Origin: Basidioascus undulatus
Taxonomy: Eukaryota
DNA: 38,032 nucleotides
NCBI GenBank assembly: GCA_000826855.1
Contig: JTLS01000045.1
Location: 1 to 38,032, forward strand
Direction of reading: 5' to 3'
Under the pieces are notes generated by a model, which was not told the DNA's origin, made no database searches, and worked only from the letters and a program-made list of their open reading frames with translations. Below are positions 1-10,237 of this stretch, one piece after another (position 1 is the stretch's first letter; each line of letters begins with the position of its first letter). The translations under genes and the position numbers were made by a program.

Positions 1-502
1 GCGCAGACAAACGTGCAAAGTCTATAGCAAGGCTAGTGAGGGGTGGTAGGGGCATGCATGCGATGAACGAGCTCGAGAGAGTGCGGTTGGAGGCAAGCAA
101 GATGGCTGGGGAAGACGCTGCAAGAGGGAGCGGGTGGGAACTTGGGGCCGAGATCGCCTTCCTGCCCTGGGAGCTTATCTCGGCAGCAGGTCGGCGTGAA
201 GCGTCAGTTGGGAGGACAAGGAGGTGCAGAGCGCGCAGTTCGGGATGATCGGCCCTCGAGCACTCTCGTTGGGCGGATGGGGGGGAGAACGGAGACGCTG
301 CTTGCCTCTCGCGCAGATAGCAGGCGCGCAGGCTCCAGAAAGGTCTTCCTGTTGAACGAACGCGCTTTAAGACTTCTTTTGAAAGTCTTTTCGCGATCGA
401 TCGCAGCGCGAGGCTGACAGGCAGTTGTACCATCCCTTCTTGCCTGCGCTCATTCAATGAATCTTCGTTATTTCCTACATCGCATCAGACCAGATCCAAA
501 TA

Positions 503-925
503 TCAAGACCCCATCCAAACAGCGTTGATCCTAATCGAGCCGTCCTGCTCCGTATAGAAGCCATCGAACTCCTTTCATGAGCTCGCTCCTCGGGACAGTA
601 TGTACCGGCAACTGCCGGGCTTACCCTTCCGCGGATAGCTTGTCCCCACGGGTCCGGTGAAAACCGTATAAAAATTCACGATAGAGATTGTGAACAGCCC
701 GGTTGGTTAGCGGAGCCCTTGGGAGAACGGGGGGAAACAGCGGAACAGCGCTCATAGGTCGACGTGGCCCTGCACCACCTCCGTCACCGTCACGCCGTTC
801 ACGTTCTTCACAGGCATGCTGTAAACCTGGCTGCCCCTCTAGAGGCAAAGGTTGAGCTTCGATACCGGCGGATGGGTGGCAGGAGGTTGGTCATTCTGCG
901 AAGCGGAGGTGGAACTTTTTCTCTG
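503..925 (-). pseudogene. C-terminal part of a decayed basidiomycete F-box-associated family gene (ATxPP...VxNxxGVTVxxV motif, DUF6699-like)
   Basis: One minus frame reads ...ATHPPVSKLNLCL*RGSQVYSMPVKNVNGVTVTEVVQGHVDL, with an in-frame TAG at 841-839. A terminal exon-like piece, EFDGFYTEQDGSIRINAVWMGS*, ends at TGA 505-503. Upstream exons probably lie in 1.2-2.1 kb but could not be reconstructed. The family assignment is from motif recognition only. Confidence 0.5.
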
Positions 926-2198
926 AAAGCGTTAGTAAGAGTGATGTAAAGTGAGATGGCGTGTGAGGTGATGAGAGGAAGCGGGTAAAGCGCGTCTGCT
1001 GCGCATTCGACTGGGAGGGTCAGGCAGAAAGCAGGTGCGCTTGTTGTAGTCGGCCGCCCTAAAGGTTCGAACAGACGGCTACTTGATCTAAATCCACGCA
1101 TAAGTTAAAGCACCATGCACATAAACTCTCGACCATCGTCCAGAGCAGGTTTGCTGCCGTTGGATGAAAGCACACTTTCTTGTGGCAGCTCTGTTGAGCT
1201 TCACCTTCTACGATTGCATAGGCACGTCTAAGCATAATCTGGTAAGATCTGGTAAAATTTCTAACTTTGACGTGCCCGCTCTTACAGGCACCACTTCACG
1301 TTGGCTCAAATAATCCTGTTTTATTCGTTCGGCTTCCTGTTTCATCTGCGTGAATGGGGGACTGGTGCAGAGCGAGCGGAAGCATTTCGAAAGGTGAAAC
1401 GCTGATCGATTCGCCTGCCGAGCTCTCCACCGCGTTGCGCACAGCTTTACTCCCAACCACCATCATCCTCCCCTCATTCTCGTCACCCTTTGGTCCCATC
1501 ATAGCAGCGTACTCGTGAAAATAGGCGATTAGAGACGGCTCTGGCACGCAAGTAGGAGCGCAGACGGCACAGCAATCCCCTCTGACTCCCTGACGGGTAG
1601 GCGCTCGCTCCCTTACACAGCCGCGTGGTCGATTTTGAGCCACGGCCAGCTGGAGAGGGCGTCGCGCTGCATGCTTATGGGGCCTCTGCCGATCTGCGCC
1701 ACCGGAGCGACAGCTCGAACCAGATCTTGTTCCGACTGCGCTCGCGCGACGACGGACCGACAGGCACAGTCTCGCCTTCTCTTGGTTTTTACGGGCGGCC
1801 GGCAACACCAAAGGTAATGGACCATCCTGATTCCGAAAGTTGTTCTCAATATCCGCTGGGCTTGAGAACCTCCACGGAACTGGCGGTTCCGTGTGGAAGG
1901 ACGGCTACAGGGAGAAATCTCTGATGGGCCCGTACGCGTGCATTATGACTGGGCCCCAAGTTGTGGCTCAAGTGAATAGTTGAGTGGGATTGGGACCCCT
2001 CAAGGTTAGACGCCTGGTATCGGTAGCGGACGCGCTTTCTTAAAGGTCTTGAGAGGCAGCTGGCTGTGGATTCCCAGCTGGAGTACCGACCGGTGGACAC
2101 GAGTCTCTATGAAAAAGCGGGTGCCGCACGGTGTTCCCAATGTCCTTCAAAGTGTAATAGAGTTAAAAAGCACTTCGAACAGTGGTCAAGGGTAAGCC

Positions 2199-2205
2199 TT
2201 TTATA
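2199..2205 (-). promoter_or_regulatory. Candidate TATA box (TATAAAA) for the leftward pseudogene
   Basis: Plus-strand TTTTATA at 2199-2205, between the two divergent F-box-family remnants. Confidence 0.3.
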
Positions 2206-2302
2206 GGCTGCTTGAAAACATAGGAACACGCTCGAAGCAAGTCGAAAGTCTCCGGTACTGGGCGCTTTGAACTCATCGCTTGCATATCGTTGCTCCTTCT
2301 CC

Positions 2303-2334
2303 CCGAACCACCATGTTACCGAACCACCATGTTA
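2303..2334. repeat. Perfect 16-bp tandem duplication CCGAACCACCATGTTA x2, duplicating the start codon
   Basis: Read directly: 2303-2318 and 2319-2334 are identical. Confidence 0.95.
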
Positions 2335-3399
2335 GCTTTGACATCGCTTCCAAAGAGATCTTCGACAACATTCGCAACGAGCTGCCCACGCTCGATGCTT
2401 GTGTCACCCTCTCCCAGCCCTCTCCCAGACGTGCAAGTCCTTGCGCGCCTCGTGCCATCCGGGCGTACTCGCCGAACACCTCCACTGCGCCGGGTGCGGA
2501 GGACCGTTGGTGCTAGGGAAAGGAGACATATCTGCCGTCCGCGCGACCGTGGCTGCCGTTGCTTCGTCTGCCCACCACGGTGACTCGGAAGAATGCCGTG
2601 TCTGTGCGGAGTACAGTAAGCCCACACGTATCACTACCCTTGCACTTTTTCTAGTAGACCTCAGATTGAAAGGGCAGGCTTCTCGCAGGAAACAACACCG
2701 GGCTTGGTGTCCGCACCCCAGGTCGCCGAGCAAAAACTCGAGCTTGAATTGCATCCTCTGCTGGAGCCTTTCGAATCAGACATCTGCACCCATCGAAACC
2801 TTTTTGTGTCACCGAGCGACACTGACGCCCATAACATCTGCCTTTCTTATGTCCCCACGGCCTCTCCCGCCGAGTCGGGCTCCGACTCTGACACCCACCC
2901 CGACAGCAACGACGAGGAATCGGTTCAGGCGCCTGAGGAGCAGTTTCTCCTTGACCATCCCCCGCTCACTGCAGCCTTGCCTTTTTAGCGACCGCGCCGC
3001 CCGCGCAGGCTATCGCAGTCTGTGTCTGCTTCCCTCTCGATGACTCGCTGGAATGGCGGCTGAAAGTCACCTTTGAACTCGCTTTCCCGATCGGGCTTAC
3101 AGTCTGAAAAGCTATGACATGGTATTACTTCCCCAGCAGCCTATCACAACCACTCACTAAGAAGAAGAAACGGATGCTCAAAGAATCCCGTGGGTTCGAG
3201 GAATGCGACACCCTGCGACGCGACGCTTTCGAGGACGAGCACTCGAAAACGTGAGTCGAAAAGTTCTTCCACCACTCAACACGTCCAATTGACGATCACT
3301 GTGCCAAACGTTTGTGGTATTGCAACGGAATACCACATGAGGCGGAAGGGCGACATTACCTTGGACATGTCTTTCGAAGACTGCAACATATACGTGTAA
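2313..3399 (+). pseudogene. Frameshifted F-box protein pseudogene (N-terminal F-box, Cys/His cluster, ATxPP...GLTV domain)
   Basis: Correcting the indels gives MLALTSLP(K)EIFDNIRNELPTLDACVTLSQTCKSLRASC (F-box pattern LPxEI..I...L.....LSQTCK). Later pieces are HLHCAGCGGP...HHGDSEECRVC, LELHPLL, DHP, and AFLATAPP...GLTV*. Lesions: 16-bp duplication 2303-2334, a probable 1-nt deletion near 2352, 11-bp duplication 2407-2428, a frameshift near 2978 and an in-frame TGA at 3105-3107. Confidence 0.6.
2407..2428. repeat. Perfect 11-bp tandem duplication CCCTCTCCCAG x2 causing a frameshift
   Basis: 2407-2417 and 2418-2428 are identical. Removing one copy joins CVTLSQ to TCKSLRASC in frame. Confidence 0.95.
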
Positions 3400-3920
3400 T
3401 TGCTGAGCATGAGCCGGTACCAGTACCCGTTAAAAAGTGTTCCCTAAGCGCATCGATTGCGTTCCTAAATATATAAAGCTCGGTCAACTGAGCATTGCAG
3501 CTGCCTCCTCGACTCATGCGGGTGGCTTCGCGTTTGACACCGACTGACTTGCTTCTGTACAAAGCATCCACCGGCATCAGCTTCTCTGAAAGTTTGGGTG
3601 GGATTTTTACTTCAAATGTTCATAGGGAAAATCTCTCTTAGAAGCTAACGGAAGTACCGCAGTGTTGCGCGGTGCGTCGCAGGCATGTAGTCTGCCACAG
3701 TCACCATCTCCGCTCTATTTGCAGCTGAGGTACACGTCCGAGTCACACGGCAGTCAGGTACCGAGAGTCCCTCCATGCTTGGGAAAGTCGCAATAGGTTC
3801 GGAATAGTCGCGTGCAGTATCCACGAAGGGAATACAGATTGACTCAAATTGGCACACAGCTTGCTTATGCTTGCCAATCGAAATGATGGTCGTGAGCAAG
3901 GTGATGTATGCGCGTATGGC

Positions 3921-4950
3921 TTAATCGTCGTCTGTCCCCGCAGTTCCTCCTCGCAACAATGCCATACCGCTCAATAACATCACCGCTCCTGTCAAAAGCA
4001 GGGACAGCAACGCCGAGGGGACGTTGTTGAAGGCAGCACTGCAATTCGGACAGACCCAATCTACGAAGGCACATTAAGGAGTGAGAACCGCGGCGCCAGG
4101 CCTGCGTAAAAAACCGTCACTCACTCTCCAACGGGGTATAAGCGACCGGACTGTAGAGCATAAATTTTTGCTGCGTCGCTGCAGAGAAATGACCGGGGCT
4201 GACGGTTCCCGATGGGTCTCCATCGTAGATGCGCAGGATGTACGTCGCTGCAGCTAGTGCAGGGTCGTTTCCGCTCTGCGAGTAGCCATACGGGTCCCAG
4301 ACTACGCTGGTCTCGCTTCCAGCAATGGTCTTGGACGTTCCCGCCGGTAAGTATTCCTTCCACCGTGACGACGCCGCATGATGGCTCACCGCGATAGGGT
4401 ATATGTTGCTGTTGTTGGTACAGCTCGCATCCTGCAAGAAATTTCATGATCAGATTTATCGGGAAATAAACTTTTCCACCGGTTGACCCACTATGGTCAG
4501 CGAATCCGGTGTCCTGTTGGTTGAGCACACGCGTGAGAAGGGGTGAACAAAGTGGGACGGAGTGACTGCTTGACGCCAAAGGTAGACGCACACGTAGAGA
4601 GAAGTGAAGTTCCATTGCCAAGTGATGGTATTGTTTGCAGCAATTTTATCTTGAGAAATATGTGTGTCAGTGTTTTGAATGCCTATTGTGTACGCATCAA
4701 AACAAAAAAACGCACAATATGAAGTCGAAGCCGACACAGGATCCGTAATAGTAAGCCCTCCTTCTCCAGCACTCGCCCTGTAAGGCAACATTTAAAACAG
4801 GTCAGCCTGAGTTTTCTTGCCGGAAGGTAATTGGCTTTCTTACGGAACGGAGGTGGAGTTCGAGCTGGAGGATCCTGATGCGCTGGATGAGCCCGCGGCG
4901 GATGAGCTGCCAGCCGCGCTGGTGATGGTCCCTGAGGCAGAGGACGACAT
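3921..4950 (-). CDS. Conserved fungal Ser-rich protein with C-terminal WxCxxC and hydrophobic anchor (DUF7137-like), about 7 exons
   Basis: Spliced product: MSSSASGTITSAAGSSSAAG...ASAGEGGLTITDPVSASTSYYKIAANNTITWQWNFTSLYVTPDSLTIDASCTNNSNIYPIATIAGSETSVVWDPYGYSQ...FMLYSPVAYTPLENWVCPNCSAAFNNVPSALLSLLLTGAVMLLSGMALLRGG...DDD*. GT-AG introns keep the frame. ATG 4950-4948, TAA 3923-3921. The family name is from memory of the motif pattern. Confidence 0.75.
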
Positions 4951-6365
4951 GTCGAAGTTGGATGGGATGAGGGGATGGTGGTAAGAGCAAGCGCGCTCAG
5001 GGCGACCAAAGCGACGTAAAGAGGAATGCTCGTCGCGCGAGAAAGCACCGCGAACAGGAGCCAAGTTCGTCAGTCGCCTTCGATCATTCATAACTGCGGC
5101 GCTGCGCAGCAACTTCGCTACCCCACATTGGGGTTGATATTCGCAGCGCGCGATGAGTGAAACGAGAAACAAAGTGATAGTTGGAAAGGCTCATTTCACG
5201 AAAACACCTATATTCGAGAGAAATTGCCCCTCTGGAAAGTAAGAGTAGTTGCGTCGCGTCCATATTCTCGCGATTCTCGCGAGCATGCCTGCAAGCTCTT
5301 TGGATTCCAATAGCATTTCACTCGCGTGATGTCTGTAAGAAGGGATAAGATGTCAGACAGAATATTACGATGACAATGCTGCGGTTTGGTGCACAACTTG
5401 CAGGTACCGCCCATCGTGTATAATCCCCAATCTGTCAAGTTCAGAAGGTCATGCCGACGCTTCCGCAACGCGGCCTTGAGATTTGTCTATCGACAGGGAT
5501 TAAATGCAAAGTAGGTACTGATTATGTGCCGCTTATTAACTTCAGAAAAACACTCCGCCGATAAGTGTCTGAACATGCTCTGTGCGTGGTAGAGACTCAT
5601 CAGAGGCAGATGAAACGGACAGTCGATGGCAGCGAACTTGGTTGAGATGTCCTTCAAGCTGTGCGGACATTCAGTATTGCTTAAACTACCCAAGGCGTTT
5701 CTGGGCTGCGCTCCGTAATGACCGGGAGAGCTGCATCGGAGGTGAAGACACAGCAGAGCTGGCGGTACACACGGCAGATGCAGTTCAAGGCAGTCGCCCC
5801 CCGAGCGACGTTTGTTCCGGATGTTGGAGCGGAGCCCTCACATGAGGCAGCTCTGGAGGTCTATATAGGTAACATATGTTTTCCTAAGTCACAACAGAGA
5901 TGAACAGACAATGAGATTTGCGACATTTGAGCTGATGCGCGACGATGCCGACAAGTGCATCCTTAAACCGAACAGCGTACTACAGCAGTAGCCTCAAATC
6001 TCCGTCATGCACAGCTTTGGAATGTTGAGTATATGGCAAGCAGTATTCCAAAAAGCAAAACTCACCCCTCACGACTACTTGCCTGTCAACGTACATTGCC
6101 CTCCAGACTCGCCTCATCCCTACTCCTAGTGTGTCACACTGTACTGCTTCTTTTGTGATCGTTCCCGGCATTCCCTGTAGTAATCTCACAGGTTCCCCCA
6201 GTCTCAAATGAGAGGAAACCGAAGTTAAGAGGCTTGTGTATTCATGGTTAGCGGAGGACCCTTCAAAGATACGCAGCACCTGTCGTTTCTGTGGCCCAGG
6301 GGACAACGCACCAGTGTCAGTCAATGCATCAAATAGCGAAACCAATCGGGATGTCAAGCCAATGC

Positions 6366-6371
6366 TTTATT
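6366..6371 (-). terminator. Candidate polyadenylation signal AATAAA of the ADH gene
   Basis: TTTATT on the plus strand, about 120 nt past the ADH stop codon. Confidence 0.35.
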
Positions 6372-6488
6372 TGTTGAACTTCGATTCGATAGTGGTACAA
6401 GTGCCTCATGATTTCCCTCCCCTCAACTCATGAAGACCGTACAGGAAAAGCAGTGCCGGGGATATGATGACGCGCGGAGAGCGTGCGT

Positions 6489-8293
6489 TTACTGGTTGCC
6501 TATGAGTCGTGAGGGTGGGGTCAGACCGTGCAGACAGGAGAGGAGCCGCGGGAAAGGCTGGCGAGACTTACCGAGGTCAAGAACGATGCGGCCGGTGACC
6601 TGGCCGGTGTGCATGCGGTGGCTGAGAGGAGGTAGGAGCATCAGTGAGCCTATACGAAGAATTTAAACCAAATGAAATGACGGACTAGATGTCCGGCAGC
6701 GCGTCGAGGGGCTCGATCCTGTAGAAGGTCTTAACCTTGCCGCGAGCAGCGAAGTCCAGAGCCTCGATGGCGTCCGTGCGGTTCCCGACGTAGCTGCCGA
6801 CGATACGCTTGTTCTGGAAAACAGTAAAGAACCTGCGAAAGAACAGAGAGCATGTCAGCCCCAACCTTGACCTCAAAGCAGGGGCGAAGCGTACACATCG
6901 GCGGAGATCTTGGCCTGCATCCAGCGCGACTTGTCAGCTTGAGCTCAGACCCACAATATAACGTAAAATATGCTCACGTCGGGAGGGAGACCGACCGCCA
7001 CCAATGCGCCGTACGATCGAACATATTCGAGGGCAAGCTCGTAAGCGGCAGCGCCAGAGGCAGCGACAACGGCGGCGTGGGGGCCGAGCTGTAAGGCAAC
7101 AAGTCGTGAGCGCTGTGAGAAGATATCCAAGTTGGGGGGACACGTACGCCACCCGTGAGCGCCTGAACATCCTTGACAATGTCCTTGGTCTTCTTGAAGT
7201 CAATGAAGGATTCGGCGCCGAGGGACTTGCAGAGCTGCTCCTTCTCGTTGCCAGTGTCGATCGCGATGACCCTGTAGCCCATGGCGTTCGCGTACTGGAC
7301 AGCCAAGTGCCCGAGGCCACCGCCAGCACCCGGGATGACTGTGAATCGAAGCTTGGTCAGTTTTAGGCCGAGAAAGTGATGCAAAACGTCTGCTTGGATG
7401 AGAGATGTACCGACAGTGTCGCCGGGGGTCAGGTCCGCCTGCTTGAGCGCCTTGTACACGGTAACACCGGCCTGCAGACCGAAAAATGGTCAGAATCCCT
7501 CCGGAGAGGATTAAGCCCTGTATATAGGACTCACACAGAGAATGGGTGCCGCCTGGTCGAGAGGCAGGCCGTCCGGGATAGGGGTGACGTGGCGGGCGAA
7601 TGACTGTATGACGCGAAACGCCAGCGTGAGAGGTCTGTTTTCGCTTCAAAAGGTTCCACGAAACCGCTTACCACAGCGTACTGCTGGAACGAGCCATCGA
7701 CAGAGAAGCCGCTGTTCTCCGCGGACTTGCAGACGCTCTCCTGGCCCTTGATGCAGAACTGCAGGGGAAGCAAGCCAGTCAGCTCAACTGTCTCCCGTCG
7801 CTTTCTCAAAGTAGATCAGGAAAAGCTCACGTTGCACTTCAGGCAGGAGTCCGCGAGCCACTTGATGCCGACGGCGTCACCAATTTTGAGGTGGGTGTCA
7901 GTGTTGTCCGCGATAGCGACGATGTAGCCAGCGCCCTCGTGGCCGCCGATCAGGGGCAGCTTGTTGTCGACCGGCCAGTCGCCGAGCATGGCGTGCAGGT
8001 CGGTGTGACAGACTGTAACCAGGGTTTCAGGTGTTAGGGCGCAGAGTTGGAAAAGGCATGAACACGAGAATCACGTACCGCCCGAGTAGATGACCTTCAC
8101 GAGAACCTCACCGCGCTTGAGGTCCTTCTGCTGGACGACCGGGACGGTCTCGATGGAGACAGGGCCACCGCTGTGGGGAGGCCGAAGGATGTAATGTTAC
8201 AGAGTTGTTTGGGGGTGCTTGCACAGGCAATGCAACGAAGTACCTCTTGGTGAAAACCGCGGCCTTCTGGGTCTTGGGGATCGACTGAGCCAT
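6489..8293 (-). CDS. ADH1: Zn-dependent medium-chain alcohol dehydrogenase (Adh1/AdhP-type), multi-exon
   Basis: Spliced exons give [14 protein letters not shown]..., [22 protein letters not shown], structural Zn ligands [35 protein letters not shown]-binding [30 protein letters not shown] and [17 protein letters not shown] 8293-8291. The last tiny exon ends at TAA 6491-6489. Confidence 0.96.
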
Positions 8294-9299
8294 TGTTTCA
8301 AGAGTTTTTAAGGATGGGATGTGGGGGCTGAGAGCGAGTTCGGGGGTTGAGCGTGCAAAGGAAGATGATGGGGAGCGATAACCGCATTGGAGTCGCGAGG
8401 CTTTATGTCTCTGAAGGTCCGGCGACGGGTGGATGGAGGCAACCGGCACTGCCGTCTCGTTAGTGTCGTGTCCCATCCCGGGAGGACCCAAATTAAGACC
8501 AGCCAGATCGGACCGTCCTTCAAGGTCCACATAGGATGCACCTAGGCTGGTACATGTCGAGTGCGGGGTGTGCCGGGTTGGATAAAGCCACCCGGTGCCT
8601 CAGCCGGTGCGGCAGATACGGCAAGGTAGGTAGATTGCGACAGGAGGGGTTCACGAGGTGCAGCAGCTGTGGGCATAGGCAAGTAATTGATCCATCACGG
8701 GGCATGACCTCATGTTGTAGGTGAGTTGATAGCGAGTTAATCGACCTGCGCAGGCGGCGAAGCACTGCAGGGGCGCAGATAGCTCGGCGAGCAGCGGACG
8801 CACACGTGAACGGTAAGGAACCCAGCCGCAATGCATCTTCCCCAGAGGGCCCCGGATGCCGCGTTGACAGTGCGGGCTCGGATAAGGTCGGGAACGTCTA
8901 AATGTTTGGTCCCAGAGAAGATATGGCAGGCTGGCGCAGAGCATGTGAGCGTTCTGGCATGGAAGGCAACGCACGATCACACGTCACAGTGCTATAGCGA
9001 GGCCAGTCACGCGCGCAACGCCCGACACCGCGCTGCGTCGGAAGGCCCGGTCCGATATCTGGACGAACAATGGGAACGGTAAAGCAGTAGGTTGGAAGGG
9101 TGCGCGTGAATTGAGGAAAGTTGGGAAGGGTGCGAGTGGAGGATGCTTGAAAGGACACGGCCGAAGCAAGAGCTGAGGGCGAGTTCGCGAGCGATGAGAA
9201 CGACTTGTTGCCGTTCGCGAGGAAGGTCGCGAAGCGATTTGGGCGACTGCAGAGTATGTCGGGGAGGGTTTGGTAGATTCAAGGATTCACGGGTGGCGC

Positions 9300-9307
9300 T
9301 TTATATA
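9300..9307 (-). promoter_or_regulatory. Consensus TATA box (TATATAAA) facing ADH, about 1 kb upstream of its ATG
   Basis: Plus-strand TTTATATA at 9300-9307, followed on the minus strand by pyrimidine-rich 5'-UTR-like sequence. Confidence 0.35.
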
Positions 9308-10067
9308 CTGGCAGATCACGACCTCCAACACAGCTGGCAACTTGACGACCGCCACGGTCAGGCCAGTCAGGCCCCAGCTACCGTAGCCGGCTTCAGGAAT
9401 CATGCTGCACCTTTCACATTCACAGCAGACTCGTAAACAAAAGCTGGCCAGGTACTTGGGTTACGATCTTGGCGGGGGCAAAAACATTGTGCCTGAAAGC
9501 AACGTAACCCATTATGCGTGGCGGAGCGAAGGTGTCGTCTAACCCTGACCCTCGGAAGGACATCCGTTTCACAACATTCAACCTCTGCGATGATGGTGGC
9601 TTGGTACTACTTGAATGCTTATACTTTCAAGGACCGAAGTGTTCTGTTATGAAAGTCAGGGGGCGAATGAGACGGGCGCATGTCGAACAAATGTCCCGTA
9701 CTAGCTGACCTGACTGTTGCCTGGCTCTGCATCTTCCTCACATAGGCATTCGAGTCGCTGAGTGTCATGAAAGGTCTGAAGTTTTCAATACGGGATTAAT
9801 TGCCTTGCGATGGAAGGACGGAGATTGGGTGCGGCAGGGCAGCACACTGACAGCGCTCCTGGCTGCCTGGCCTTTCGTGCCCATAGCAAGATGACCCCAA
9901 CCCATGTATGTGTTTCAGAAGCTTTCTTCCATACGGTCATTTGATTATACGGATCTATTGCGTTGAACCTGACCCTGCCTTAGCCACAGGAAAGTGCCGG
10001 GCGTCTTTCCAAAACACTGAGGATGTGTAAGTACCTGTGGTAGTTTGGCGATGCACGGAAGCCTCAC

Positions 10068-10122
10068 ACGCGTCGACCGCGTAAAGTGGAAACGCGTCAC
10101 CGATCTTCGCGTGTGGACGCGG
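10068..10122. promoter_or_regulatory. Cluster of MCB (MluI cell-cycle box)-like elements in the FEN1 promoter
   Basis: ACGCGT at 10068-10073 and 10092-10097, plus CCGCGT, TCGCGT and ACGCGG, all within 55 bp and 115-170 nt upstream of the FEN1 ATG. Confidence 0.65.
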
Positions 10123-10237
10123 TCCCAGTTCCGCTTCTCTGCTTGCACCATCACCACCTTGACTTCTATATTTTTTGAACCCCGAACAACCCCTGTAACT
10201 TTTGTAAGAAGCCGATTACACCCACAAAACTGCTGAT

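Noticed and set aside
1..420. Possible gene start running off the left edge, plus short palindromes (GCGATCGATCGC near 393-404; AAGACTT...AAGTCTT near 369-389)
   Set aside because: Too little sequence to support a gene, and palindromes this short are expected by chance.
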